A model generated the notes under the pieces. It worked only from the letters and a program-made list of their open reading frames with translations. It did not search any database and was not told the origin of the DNA. A program made the position numbers and the translations under genes. A DNA stretch of 64,000 bases from an uncultured Chloroflexia bacterium (GTDB taxonomy: Bacteria; Chloroflexota; Dehalococcoidia; DSTF01; JALHUB01): contig OY969814.1 of the NCBI GenBank assembly GCA_963703345.1, positions 1,344,001 to 1,408,000 on the forward strand. Reading direction: 5' to 3'. Position 1 is the stretch's first letter, and the number at the start of each line of letters is the position of its first letter. Positions 39,119 through 48,788 of this stretch are shown here, in pieces.

Positions 39119-40585
39119 TCAAGCCCGCCTTCCCGCCGTCGTCCTCTCCGCCTGCTCGATTGCCCGCAGCAGCGCCCGCGCCTTGTTGAGGCTCTCCTCG
39201 AATTCGCGCTCCGGCACGCTGTCGTAGACGATGCCGCCGCCGGCCTGAACGTAGGCCGTGCCCTGCTTCATGACGATGGTCCGGATCGTGATGGCGGTAT
39301 CCAGGTTGCCGCGAAAGCCGAAGTAGCCGACGGCGCCGGCATAGGGGCCGCGCTTGTCCGGCTCCAGCTCGGCGATTATCTCCATCGCACGAATCTTCGG
39401 AGCGCCCGACACCGTGCCGGCCGGGAAGCAGGCGCGAAGGGCGTCGAAGCAGGTGAGCCCGTCCCGCAGGCGGCCGGAGACGTGGGAGACGAGGTGCATG
39501 ACGTGCGAGTAGCGCTCCACGTCCATGCACTGGCCCACCTCGACGCTGCCCGGGCTTGCCACGCGCCCGATGTCGTTCCTGCCCAGGTCGAGGAGCATAG
39601 TGTGCTCCGCCAGCTCCTTCTCGTCCGAGCGCAGCTCTGCCTCCAGCGCGTCGTCCTCCGCCGCGTCGCGTCCGCGCGGCCGCGTGCCGGCGATGGGATG
39701 CGTCGCGACGGTGCCGTTCTCCACTCGCACCAGCATCTCCGGCGAGGCGCCGACGACGTGGGCATCGCCGAGCCGCAGATAGTACATGTAGGGTGATGGG
39801 TTGATGGCCCGCAGCGCCCGGTATACCTCGAAGGGAGGGGCCGTCGTGGGCACGCACAGCCGCTGCGAGATGACCGCCTGAATGACGTCTCCGGCGATGA
39901 TGTACTCTCGCGCCCGCTCGACCGATTTCAAGAAGTGCTCCCGGCTCACGTTCGACGATACGTCGAGGCGCACTTCCCGCGTATCGTCCGCCGGACCGGG
40001 CGCCGGCACGGCAAGCGGCCGCCTCAGGCGCTCCACCAGCTCGTCGATGCGGCCCGTCGCCTCTCGATAGGCGGCGTCAACGTCGCCGTCGAGGCGGGCG
40101 TGGCTCAGCACCTTGATCTTGTGCTGAACGTGATCGAAGACGAGGAGGGTGTCGGCGAACATGAAAATGGCTTCCGGCAGCGCCTGCGGGTCGGACTCCG
40201 GCGAGGGTAGGCGCTCGAAGTGGCGCGCTGCCTCATACGCCAGATAGCCGACCGCGCCGCCGTGGAAGCGCGGCAAGTCGGGCACGGCGACGACCTCGAA
40301 GCGCGCGAGCTCCCGTTCGATCTCCAGCAGCGGGTCGTCAACACATCCCGCGGGGCTGCTGAGGACGCGATACGGCTCGGTACCAATGAAGCTGTAACGT
40401 CCGAGACGTTCGCCACCCTCGACGCTCTCCAGCAGGAAGGAGTGCTCGCCGCGCGCAACCTTCAGATAGGCGGACACCGGCGTCTCCAGGTCTGCCGCGA
40501 CCTCCTTGAACACCGGCAGCAGGTTGCCCTGTCCGGCCAGCCCCCGCGCTTCCTCCAGGCTGGGATGGTATCTGCCGTTTGTCAT
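39119..40585 (-). CDS. trpE: Anthranilate synthase component I
   Basis: LLES, NPSPYM, PIAGT, PAGTVSGAPK. Confidence 0.95.
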   Translation of the reverse strand: MTNGRYHPSLEEARGLAGQGNLLPVFKEVAADLETPVSAYLKVARGEHSFLLESVEGGERLGRYSFIGTEPYRVLSSPAGCVDDPLLEIERELARFEVVAVPDLPRFHGGAVGYLAYEAARHFERLPSPESDPQALPEAIFMFADTLLVFDHVQHKIKVLSHARLDGDVDAAYREATGRIDELVERLRRPLAVPAPGPADDTREVRLDVSSNVSREHFLKSVERAREYIIAGDVIQAVISQRLCVPTTAPPFEVYRALRAINPSPYMYYLRLGDAHVVGASPEMLVRVENGTVATHPIAGTRPRGRDAAEDDALEAELRSDEKELAEHTMLLDLGRNDIGRVASPGSVEVGQCMDVERYSHVMHLVSHVSGRLRDGLTCFDALRACFPAGTVSGAPKIRAMEIIAELEPDKRGPYAGAVGYFGFRGNLDTAITIRTIVMKQGTAYVQAGGGIVYDSVPEREFEESLNKARALLRAIEQAERTTAGRRA

Positions 40586-40604
40586 ATCTTCCGCCTCGCA
40601 GACA

Positions 40605-40902
40605 ACACAAAAGCCTCTCGCCATAGGGACGAGAGGCTCGTGGTGCCACCCTAGTTACCGCGACAACGCCGCGGCATCTCTTGTCAGGTACGGTCCACCA
40701 TTGGCGGACGATACCCTGGGCTCTGCTAACGGTGCCCGTTCCGGCAACCCCTACTTGTTCCGCCTCGCGGACAGCTCGGAGTTGCGGCTCCCAGGTCCAT
40801 TCCTATCGCTGCGCCGGCGCCGGCTCTCACCTGTCCCGGCTCTCTGCACTGCCCTTTCGGGCGGCCTCGCCTCGCGACGTACTAGTCCTGTTCTTCGCCG
40901 CT
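40605..40902 (-). ncRNA. Tryptophan T-box riboswitch
   Basis: AGAGA/GGTGAGA boxes, GAA-TGG specifier (40799..40797), CCGTTA, T-box AACTAGGGTGGCACCACG, terminator AGCCTCTCG-N9-CGAGAGGCT-TTTG. Confidence 0.93.
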
Positions 40903-40920
40903 GCTTATTCGATTTGCGCC

Positions 40921-40949
40921 ACTATAGCAGCGTCCGCAGCGTTTGTCAA
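40921..40949 (-). promoter_or_regulatory. Sigma70 promoter of the trpE leader
   Basis: TTGACA-N17-TATAGT. Confidence 0.85.
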
Positions 40950-41127
40950 TATCTCGCCAAGAAGGCGTGTCTTGGTAATGGACGAGACTGCCGAGGAAGT
41001 TCCGCAGGCGCGGTTGTGCCTCGCTCGCTGGCCAGGCCTCGATTGCTTCTAATGACGGCGCTGCCCACGACGACGGCCCCCGCCGCGTCCGACCGGGCAG
41101 GGTGCCGTAGCGAAACCGCAGCGGGCC

Positions 41128-42321
41128 TCACACTACGATTCCCAGCACCTGCGACGCCGTCTCCATGTCCTTGTCGCCGCGTCCCGACAGACAGACGGCA
41201 ACCGTCGCTTCGCGCGGCAGAGTCGACGCCAGCTTTACCGCATGGGCGACGGCATGCGCCGACTCCAGGGCCGGGATGATCCCTTCTGTTCGGCTAAGAA
41301 GCTGGAAAGCCTCTAGCGCCTCTTCGTCGGTGACGGCCACGTACTCGGCACGCCCTGATTCCTTGTAGAAGCTGTGCTCCGGCCCCACGCCCGGGTAGTC
41401 GAGCCCGGCCGAGATGCTGTGCGTCGACTCGATCTGGCCGTTCTCGTCCTGCAGCAGGTACGAACGGCTGCCGTGCAGCACTCCCGGACGCCCGCGCACA
41501 AGGCTGGCCGCGTGGAGATGCGTGTCCAGCCCTCGTCCGGCCGCCTCGACTCCGACGAAGCTGACGGCGGCATCGGCGTAGAAGGGGTGGAAGAAGCCGA
41601 TGGCGTTGCTCCCGCCGCCGACGCAGGCCACCAGGTAATCGGGGAGGCGCCCGGTCTCTTCCAGCGCCTGCGTCCGCGTCTCGTCGCCGATCACCGACTG
41701 CGCCTCGCGCACGATGAGCGGGTAGGGGTGCGGCCCGACAACGCTGCCCAGCAGGTAGTAGGTGCTGTCGACATGGCCCACCCAATCGCGCATCGCCTCA
41801 TTGATGGCGTCCTTGAGCGTCCGGCTGCCGCTCTCGACGACCCGCACGTCCGCGCCCAGAAGCCGCATCCGGAAGACGTTCAGCATCTGCCGGTGCACGT
41901 CCTCTTCGCCCATGTAGACGGCGCACTCGAGGCGGAGCATCGCGCAGACGGTCGCTGTCGCGACGCCGTGCTGCCCTGCGCCTGTCTCCGCGATGACGCG
42001 GCTCTTCCCCATGCGCTGACAGAGGAGGCCCTGCGCGAGGGCGTTGTTTATCTTGTGCGCGCCCGTGTGTAGCAGGTCCTCGCGCTTGAGGTAGATGCTG
42101 GCACCGCCGCAGCCTCGTGTCAGCCCTTCGGCGAAGTAGAAAGGCGTGGGCCTGCCCGCGTACTGATGGAGCAGGCCGTCGAGGCGCCGGCGGAACGCGA
42201 AGTCGTGCCATGCCTCGCGGAAAGCTGCTTCCAGTTCCGCCAGCGCACCCATCAGCACCTCCGGCACGTATTTGCCGCCGAACTGACCGAAGCGCCCCTG
42301 TTCATCCGGAAGGGAAGTCAT
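41128..42321 (-). CDS. trpB: Tryptophan synthase beta chain
   Basis: [42 protein letters not shown]. Confidence 0.96.
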   Translation of the reverse strand: MTSLPDEQGRFGQFGGKYVPEVLMGALAELEAAFREAWHDFAFRRRLDGLLHQYAGRPTPFYFAEGLTRGCGGASIYLKREDLLHTGAHKINNALAQGLLCQRMGKSRVIAETGAGQHGVATATVCAMLRLECAVYMGEEDVHRQMLNVFRMRLLGADVRVVESGSRTLKDAINEAMRDWVGHVDSTYYLLGSVVGPHPYPLIVREAQSVIGDETRTQALEETGRLPDYLVACVGGGSNAIGFFHPFYADAAVSFVGVEAAGRGLDTHLHAASLVRGRPGVLHGSRSYLLQDENGQIESTHSISAGLDYPGVGPEHSFYKESGRAEYVAVTDEEALEAFQLLSRTEGIIPALESAHAVAHAVKLASTLPREATVAVCLSGRGDKDMETASQVLGIVV

Positions 42322-42397
42322 CGACCCATTGCCCCCTTTGCAGCCGCCACAAACGGCCGCACTTTCGCCAGATCTTTCCGTCCTCTTGTCAAGCGTC

Positions 42398-43201
42398 TCA
42401 TCGGCCCGCATCTCGATAGCGAACAAGCGTCCGCACGTAGTCCTTGAGCCGGTCGTCCACCTCGCCCGGAGGCGACGCGTCGATGATGTCGACGACGGCG
42501 CTGCCGACAACCGCCGCGTCGGCTAGGCCGTGAAGCGACCGCAGGTGCTCCGGCCGCGAGACGCCGAAGCCAACGGCCAGCGGCAGCGACGTATGCCTGC
42601 GCACGCGGGCGAGGAAATCGGGCAGGGCGGCAGGCAGTTGCGCCCTGGCGCCGGTGACGCCGGCGACGCTCACGCAGTAGATGAAGCCCGATGCCCGGGC
42701 CGCGATTCGCCTAATGCGGTCGTCGTCTGAACTGGGGGCGACAAGCAGGATGTTGTCGATGGCGGCCGCCTGACAGCGAGCTCGTAGCTCCGCTCCCTCT
42801 TCCGGCGGCAGATCGACGACGATCAGACCATCCACGCCTGCTGCGGTCGCTTCCTCGACGAAGGCGTCGGCGCCAAAAGCGAGGATCGGGTTGGCGTAGC
42901 TCATGAGGATGAGAGGGATGTCGGCGGCCTCGCGGCGGACCTGCTTGGCGATGTCGAGGCAACGCGCCGTTGATGTTCCCGCCTCCAATGCTCGGAAGCT
43001 AGCCTTCTGTATGGTCGCCCCATCGGCGACGGGATCGCTGAACGGGATGCCGAGCTCGATCATGTCGGCGCCGCCCTCGGCCAGGGCTTCGGCGATGGAC
43101 AGGGTCTGGCTGGGATGGGGGAAGCCGCAGGTCACGTAGGCGACCAGCGCCAGGCGTCCCTCCGCCTTTGTCTTGGCCAGCGTGTCGCTAATGCGTCCCA
43201 T
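42398..43201 (-). CDS. trpA: Tryptophan synthase alpha chain
   Basis: [27 protein letters not shown]. Confidence 0.96.
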   Translation of the reverse strand: MGRISDTLAKTKAEGRLALVAYVTCGFPHPSQTLSIAEALAEGGADMIELGIPFSDPVADGATIQKASFRALEAGTSTARCLDIAKQVRREAADIPLILMSYANPILAFGADAFVEEATAAGVDGLIVVDLPPEEGAELRARCQAAAIDNILLVAPSSDDDRIRRIAARASGFIYCVSVAGVTGARAQLPAALPDFLARVRRHTSLPLAVGFGVSRPEHLRSLHGLADAAVVGSAVVDIIDASPPGEVDDRLKDYVRTLVRYRDAGR

Positions 43202-43421
43202 AGTGATGCAGGCTGCTCAGAGGGCCGGGCCTAAGTATACGACATCGACGACTCATTGCGGTCCCGTAGGCCGGAGAGTTAGACTTCAGGGCATTTCGGC
43301 CGCATATTTCGTTGGCGAATTCACTGTTTCTTAACGCCTGTTGGTCGGGCGTTAAAACGGGAGCGCTACGATGAAAAAGTGATCGTTATGGATGCAGTTT
43401 GCGGCGTTAGGAGGAATGCAG

Positions 43422-43631
43422 ATGGTGAGGTGGAACCGCAACCTGGCCGAGGAGGACGCAGACCCCACGCGCTTGCTCTTTCTTAGAAGGTGGGCGCGGG
43501 AAAGGAAGAAGGCGGACCTGGCAGGCAGACGGTACGACCGCGTCCTGCTGATCGCCATGGCGAACGCCGGGTTCGCGCGCTACCGGCTGGTCGACGAAGT
43601 CATCCCGGGGAGTCAGCGTCGCGTCGCCTGA
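43422..43631 (+). CDS. Small basic hypothetical protein (69 aa)
   Basis: AGGAGG 7 nt before ATG, GC3-rich codons, fills an intergenic gap. Confidence 0.6.
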   Translation: MVRWNRNLAEEDADPTRLLFLRRWARERKKADLAGRRYDRVLLIAMANAGFARYRLVDEVIPGSQRRVA

Positions 43632-43660
43632 GCGACGGAGAAACGACCAGCCAAAGGTCG

Positions 43661-44023
43661 CTATTTCGAAATCCGTCTGCTCTTCGGGATTGGGTTCTCT
43701 ACCGGCCTTTGGAGCTGTGCACGCGACGGTTTTCGCAGCTTGCTGCTCCCGCCGCGTGCGGTCTGGCGGCCGAGGTCCGACAACGGACGATCCACTGCGA
43801 CGTCGATGGTTTGTCCTCTCAGTTCCACGCCTTTCAGGGTCTGCACGGCGATGGCGGCGGCCCTTTGATCAAGGTCGACAAGAGCGAAGCCGCGCGCGTG
43901 GCCGGCCTGATCGCGGGCTATCCGCAGGGAGCCGATCTCGCCGAAGGCCGAGAAGACGGTCTGTAAGTCACTGGCGGTGGTCTTAGGGGACAAGTTCCCC
44001 ACAAGTAGCGTGGTCACTTGCAT
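43661..44023 (-). CDS. RRM-domain RNA-binding protein
   Basis: RNP2 LLVGNL, RNP1 RGFALV; GAGGAA RBS. Confidence 0.85.
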   Translation of the reverse strand: MQVTTLLVGNLSPKTTASDLQTVFSAFGEIGSLRIARDQAGHARGFALVDLDQRAAAIAVQTLKGVELRGQTIDVAVDRPLSDLGRQTARGGSSKLRKPSRAQLQRPVENPIPKSRRISK

Positions 44024-44125
44024 TCCTCCTCTGCGGGGCGGGCTGCGCCACCGCGGCGTCGAAGCTCGCGGCTCCGACGCCTCTTCCCTTACCCAGGACT
44101 CCGTGTTTGGATCGGCGGGTCGGGC

Positions 44126-44449
44126 CTAGTAGCGGTTGCGAACCGGCGAGCGCTGGGAAAAGCAATCGCTGCAGTACACAGGGCGGTCTCCGCGCGGTTC
44201 GAATGGAACCTCAGTGTTCTTGCCGCACTGAGCGCAAACAGCCGCGTGCATTTGGCGTGCAGAACTGCCGTAGCCTCCGCCATAGCTTCGGCCACCGTCG
44301 CGCTCCGACTTACGGGCGGAACGACAACCGGAGCAACGTTTTGGCTCATTGGTGAAGCCGCGGCTGGCGTGGTACTCTTGGTCCTCAGCTGAGAACGTGA
44401 ATTGGGCGCCGCAATCGACGCAGGTTAGGGTTCGGTCACTGTAGGGCAC
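44126..44449 (-). CDS. Zinc-ribbon / CxxC-x17-CxxC protein
   Basis: DRTLTCVDCG..F.F..EDQ, PKRC..CR, CAQCG...VPFEP....PVYCSDCF; AAGGAGG before GTG. Confidence 0.9.
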   Translation of the reverse strand: MPYSDRTLTCVDCGAQFTFSAEDQEYHASRGFTNEPKRCSGCRSARKSERDGGRSYGGGYGSSARQMHAAVCAQCGKNTEVPFEPRGDRPVYCSDCFSQRSPVRNRY

Positions 44450-44552
44450 TCGACGACCTCCTTCAAGGGGTCTGCTGTTCCTCGTCGCCGAGTGCAAAAC
44501 AAGACTGGGGATGCGTTGCAGATCGAAGAGAGGGGTTACTTCTTACTGAGCC

Positions 44553-44581
44553 AGTATAACACACTTGGCCCCCGTTGTCAC
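44553..44581 (-). promoter_or_regulatory. Sigma70 promoter of the zinc-ribbon/RRM genes
   Basis: GTGACA-N17-TATACT with extended TG. Confidence 0.65.
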
Positions 44582-44673
44582 GCGGCACCGGTGAGCCCGG
44601 CACTTCCGACTCCCTTCATATCAATTGTCGGCAGAGCTGCCGATCGCGAGGAGAGGTGGCGCGCGGTGCGCAT

Positions 44674-44702
44674 TTGCTATCTTCCAGGATATGTGCTAAA
44701 GT
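44674..44702 (+). promoter_or_regulatory. Sigma70 promoter of the DEAD-box helicase
   Basis: TTGCTA-N17-TAAAGT with extended TG. Confidence 0.55.
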
Positions 44703-44954
44703 GAGGCATCTAGATTCCTAGTCCTCTTATGCGGAGCCTCTGGTTCATACAGCACTAGACGACCGGGAGCACAAAACAAGGAGGTCGTCAGTGTCATTTT
44801 TCTCAAAGACGCTCGCGAGCGTCTCTTGCTAGTCGGCAGCAACTTACGCAATAGAGCCCAACCGTCCCAGGTCAATCGCTTCGTCACGAACGCCTCGGCA
44901 TCGACCCCATCAGCTTCGAAACCCCAAGAGTCGCCAGAACAGCAACGAAAGGCC

Positions 44955-46148
44955 ATGCCTTTGACATCGTTCCATGACTTCGCGCTTCGCCCTTCCTCTA
45001 TGAAGGTGCTGGAGGCGATGCGCATCGACGAGCCCACGCCAATACAGGCCGCCGCCATGCCTCCATTGTTGGAGGGTCGGGACGTCATCGGGCAGGCTTG
45101 CACGGGATCGGGCAAGACCCTCGCGTTTGCGCTCCCGCTAATCGACGCTGTCGATGAGCGAAGCAGCGCTCTCCAGGCCCTCGTCCTAGTCCCGACGCGC
45201 GAGCTTGCCCAGCAGGTCGGCGGCGTGATCAAGCAGCTTTCGGCCGGCACGAGCATGCGGCTGGCCGTCCTGTACGGCGGGCAGGCCATCGGACCGCAGC
45301 AGGAAACGCTTCGACGCGGCTGCCAGATCGTCGTCGGCACTCCCGGCCGAATACTGGACCTCCTGGCCCGACGGTCGCTACAGTTTCATGCCCTGAAGTA
45401 CCTCGTCCTCGACGAGGCGGATGAGATGCTCGATCGCGGGTTCGCCCCCGACGTCGAGCGGATCGTCGCCGCGACGCCGCGCGAGCGGCAGACCAGCCTC
45501 TTCTCCGCCACGACTCCGGAATGGGTCCAGGACGTGGCGGCCCGTTACCTGAAGAGCCCTGAAGTCATCCAGATGAACCCGGACGCCGGCGACGGCCTGA
45601 GCATCGAGCATGAAGTCTGCGAAGTATGGCATGAAGAGAAGTTCACCGTCCTCCGCAAGCTGCTCGATCAGGAAACCGAGGGCGCCACTCTCGTCTTTGG
45701 GCGCACCAAACACGGAGTCCGCAATCTGGGGCAGAAACTCATTCGCCTGGGCTATGCTGCCGACGTGCTGCAGGGCAATCTCTCGCAGCAGCAGCGAGAT
45801 CAAGTGGTCAAGCGATTCCGTGAAGGCGCCACGCCGATCCTGGTTGCCACCAACGTCGCCGCGCGCGGCCTGGACGTGCTCCACATCGGTCGAGTCATCA
45901 ACTACGAGCTTCCGGAGACCCACGAGCTATTCACGCATCGCGTCGGTCGCACAGGCCGCATGGGGCGTGCCGGCCGGGCGATCACGCTGCTCGGCCCGGC
46001 GGACCTGCCGAAGTGGCATGAGATCGAGAGGGGCCTGGGCAGGAAGCTTCCCCGCGTTACGCCGGAAGGGAACCCCGTCCCGGTGATAGTGTCCTCGGCG
46101 CCCACCCGGAGCCGACGCCGCGGCCGGCGCTTCGGCTCACGAGCCTAG
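44955..46148 (+). CDS. DEAD-box RNA helicase
   Basis: PTPIQ, TGSGKT, PTRELA, TPGR, DEAD, SAT, ARGLD, HRVGRTGR; start uncertain. Confidence 0.95.
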   Translation: MPLTSFHDFALRPSSMKVLEAMRIDEPTPIQAAAMPPLLEGRDVIGQACTGSGKTLAFALPLIDAVDERSSALQALVLVPTRELAQQVGGVIKQLSAGTSMRLAVLYGGQAIGPQQETLRRGCQIVVGTPGRILDLLARRSLQFHALKYLVLDEADEMLDRGFAPDVERIVAATPRERQTSLFSATTPEWVQDVAARYLKSPEVIQMNPDAGDGLSIEHEVCEVWHEEKFTVLRKLLDQETEGATLVFGRTKHGVRNLGQKLIRLGYAADVLQGNLSQQQRDQVVKRFREGATPILVATNVAARGLDVLHIGRVINYELPETHELFTHRVGRTGRMGRAGRAITLLGPADLPKWHEIERGLGRKLPRVTPEGNPVPVIVSSAPTRSRRRGRRFGSRA

Positions 46149-46178
46149 AGGGGCCGCGCGATCGCGGAATCGGGGCTC

Positions 46179-46254
46179 TGGTACCCCCAGGGGAAATCGA
46201 ATCCCCGTTTCCACCTTGAAAGGGTGGCGTCCTAGGCCACTAGACGATGGGGGC
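46179..46254 (-). tRNA. tRNA-Glu (TTC)
   Basis: Cloverleaf GCCCCCA...CCACC-CTTTCAA-GGTGG...TGGGGGTACCA. Confidence 0.96.
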
Positions 46255-46406
46255 CCCAGGCCAAGTCTAGCATGCATCAACGCGATCCGTAAACGGCGAC
46301 AGGCTCTCCGCCGCCTTGACCTTCCTCCCGCTAACGTCTACGCTATTCGTAAGTTGACTGCGTTATGGACTTGTTCAACAACCTTCGCCAAGGGAGGTCC
46401 CTAAAT

Positions 46407-47159
46407 ATGAGCCGCCCATTCCTCATTTTGCCCCTGCTCCTCGCCGTCGTCCTCGTTGCCTGCGGCGGGGGAAGCAGCACATCGACGCCGGCGCCCGGCT
46501 CGACTGATCAGTCGTCGCAAGGCACGCCTGCGGCCGCACCGACCGAAAGCGGCACGCCCGTCCCGGACCCATTCGCCTCTCTCAACAGCTATCGCTATGA
46601 CATGGATCTCGCCGCGGACGGCTCGACCAGCATCAAGATCAGCGGCACAGTCAAGAACCCCGATGGCATTCGCATGGACTTCTACCTGGCTGATTCGACG
46701 ACGCCCATAAGCTCGCTGGTCATAGTCGGCTCGGAAGCATGGACGCAGAACGAGGGCGACACCAGTTGGCAGACTTTGAGCCTGGCGGAGGCGCAGGGCG
46801 AGGTGATGGGCCTTATGCCGAAGGACTTCTGGGGCAGCTTTCCAATCGACAAGCTCGTCGCGCTAAGCAAAGACCAGGGCCAGGAGAACGTGAACGGCGT
46901 CCAGGCGCACCACTATCAGATTAGCGAGGTCGACGCCGACACAATGGCGAAGCTCGCCGAGATATTCGGCGGCAACGGAGAGTCAGACCAGCCGACTAGC
47001 TTCAGCATGGACCTGTGGCGTGTCGACAGCGGCGGCTGGCCCGCAAAGGCAACCATCAACGTCGGCTATCCGCCGGGCGGAGAAGTGACGCAGGGCCAGA
47101 TCACGTGGGAAGTCAAGGACGTCAACGCCGTCACGGAATCGATTGTGCCGCCGCAGTAG
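46407..47159 (+). CDS. Lipoprotein, possibly LppX/LprAFG (LolA-like) fold
   Basis: Lipobox LVAC, S/T/P linker, SYRY, G.ENVNGVQAHHY, LW.D. Confidence 0.75.
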   Translation: MSRPFLILPLLLAVVLVACGGGSSTSTPAPGSTDQSSQGTPAAAPTESGTPVPDPFASLNSYRYDMDLAADGSTSIKISGTVKNPDGIRMDFYLADSTTPISSLVIVGSEAWTQNEGDTSWQTLSLAEAQGEVMGLMPKDFWGSFPIDKLVALSKDQGQENVNGVQAHHYQISEVDADTMAKLAEIFGGNGESDQPTSFSMDLWRVDSGGWPAKATINVGYPPGGEVTQGQITWEVKDVNAVTESIVPPQ

Positions 47160-47313
47160 CCTGCTCGTGAAAGCGATGACAGCAGGGTCGGGCCGTCGGG
47201 CTCGACCCTCGCTTTGCCGCCCGGTAATAGCGTTCGTTTCATTGCCACCCTTCGCTTGCCGATGCTATGATCAAAGCTGACGTGAATAGCACCTGCCGGA
47301 CACGCAGCCGCCG

Positions 47314-47844
47314 ATGGAAAGCACAATGATCGAGACGCAACAACCGGCCTCCGCGGGCCACAGCCGCCTCTGGCTGCGACTCCGCAAAGACGCGCCTTTC
47401 TTCCTGGTCGCCGCCGCCGTGTTCGCCCTCGATCAGCTTACGAAATATCTCGTGCGCGCCAACATGCACCTCGGCGAGTCCTTCCCGGATAGCGGCCCCA
47501 TGCGAATCGTGCGAGTGACCAACACCGGCGCGGCGTTCGGCATGTTCCAGGGGCAAACGTACTTTCTCACGGTAACGACTCTGCTGGGTCTCGGCGCCAT
47601 CCTCCTGTACTATCTATACCCGCCCATGGACAACCGCATCCTGCGCATCGCCCTGGGACTTCAGCTCGGCGGCGCCATCGGCAACCTGAGCGACCGCCTG
47701 CGCGTCGGCGAAGTGACCGACTTCATCCAGTGGCCGCACTGGCCTGCTTTCAACGTCGCCGACTCCTCGATCACCGTCGGCGTCGTCGCCATCGTCGTCT
47801 TCCTTACCCTCAGTGACACGATATGGCGGAAGAAAGAGACCTGA
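47314..47844 (+). CDS. lspA: Signal peptidase II
   Basis: DQLTK, NTGAAFG, GAIGNLSDR, VTDF, FNVADS. Confidence 0.96.
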   Translation: MESTMIETQQPASAGHSRLWLRLRKDAPFFLVAAAVFALDQLTKYLVRANMHLGESFPDSGPMRIVRVTNTGAAFGMFQGQTYFLTVTTLLGLGAILLYYLYPPMDNRILRIALGLQLGGAIGNLSDRLRVGEVTDFIQWPHWPAFNVADSSITVGVVAIVVFLTLSDTIWRKKET

Positions 47845-48758
47845 CGGAGCAGAGCTTCCGCCTCGCCGTCCAGGGAGAGGACGGCAAACGGCTCGACGTC
47901 TTCATTGCCGCCCGCTGCCCCGGTCTCTCGCGCTCTCAGGCCCGACGGCTGATCGAAGAAGGCCTGGCGACCGTCAACGGGCGCCGGGCCAGACCCTCGT
48001 ACGCGCTTCGGCCCGCCGACGTGGTCGACGTCCGCGTCCGGGCGTCCGAATCCACGGCGCCGCAACCCGAAGCCATCCCCCTGCGCATCATCTACGAAGA
48101 CAGCGACATCCTGGTCGTGGACAAGCCCGCCGGCGTCGCGGTCCATCCTGGTCCCGGCCAGGCGCGTCATACACTCGTGAACGCCCTTCTGGCCCGCTAC
48201 CCGGACCTCGCCGGCACGGGCGAGGCGCTGCGACCCGGCGTCGTCCACCGGCTCGACAAGGACACGTCCGGTCTCCTCCTCGTGGCCCGGAATGAGCGGG
48301 CGCACGCGGACCTGTCGCGCCAGTTGAAGGAGCGTCTCGTGGAGAAGCGGTACCTGGCGCTCGTGACCGGACGCCTGGAACCGGCAGAAGGCGTCATCGA
48401 GGGCGACATCGGCCGCGACCCACGGAACCGCAAGCGCATGGCCATCGTCGAAGGAGGACGGCCCTCGAGGACGGCCTATACCGTGCGCGAACGTCTGGAC
48501 GGCTTCACCCTCGTCGAAGTCGCGCCGTCAACGGGTCGAACTCACCAGATACGCGTTCATCTCGCCGGTGTCGGGCATCCCATCGTCGGCGACGCGCTTT
48601 ACGGCAGGCGTTCGACACTCGTGGGACGTCAGTTCCTGCACGCCTGGCGCATCGCCTTCCGCCATCCCGCCGACGGCCGGCCAATGGCGTTCGAGTCGCC
48701 GCTGCCCGCCGACCTGGCCGAGGCGCTGCGAGTCATCGGAGCGACGGTCCCAAGCTGA
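47823..48758 (+). CDS. rluD: RluA/RluD family pseudouridine synthase
   Basis: S4 domain, DKPAG, HRLDKDTSG, TGRTHQIRVH. Confidence 0.92.
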   Translation: MAEERDLTEQSFRLAVQGEDGKRLDVFIAARCPGLSRSQARRLIEEGLATVNGRRARPSYALRPADVVDVRVRASESTAPQPEAIPLRIIYEDSDILVVDKPAGVAVHPGPGQARHTLVNALLARYPDLAGTGEALRPGVVHRLDKDTSGLLLVARNERAHADLSRQLKERLVEKRYLALVTGRLEPAEGVIEGDIGRDPRNRKRMAIVEGGRPSRTAYTVRERLDGFTLVEVAPSTGRTHQIRVHLAGVGHPIVGDALYGRRSTLVGRQFLHAWRIAFRHPADGRPMAFESPLPADLAEALRVIGATVPS

Positions 48759-48788
48759 ATCGCAGTCAGCGCGCAGGGAGGTGCGAAC

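Noticed and set aside
44018-44392. Plus-strand ORF antisense to the zinc-ribbon gene
   Set aside because: Shadow frame; the minus strand has the conserved Cys motifs, RBS and promoter
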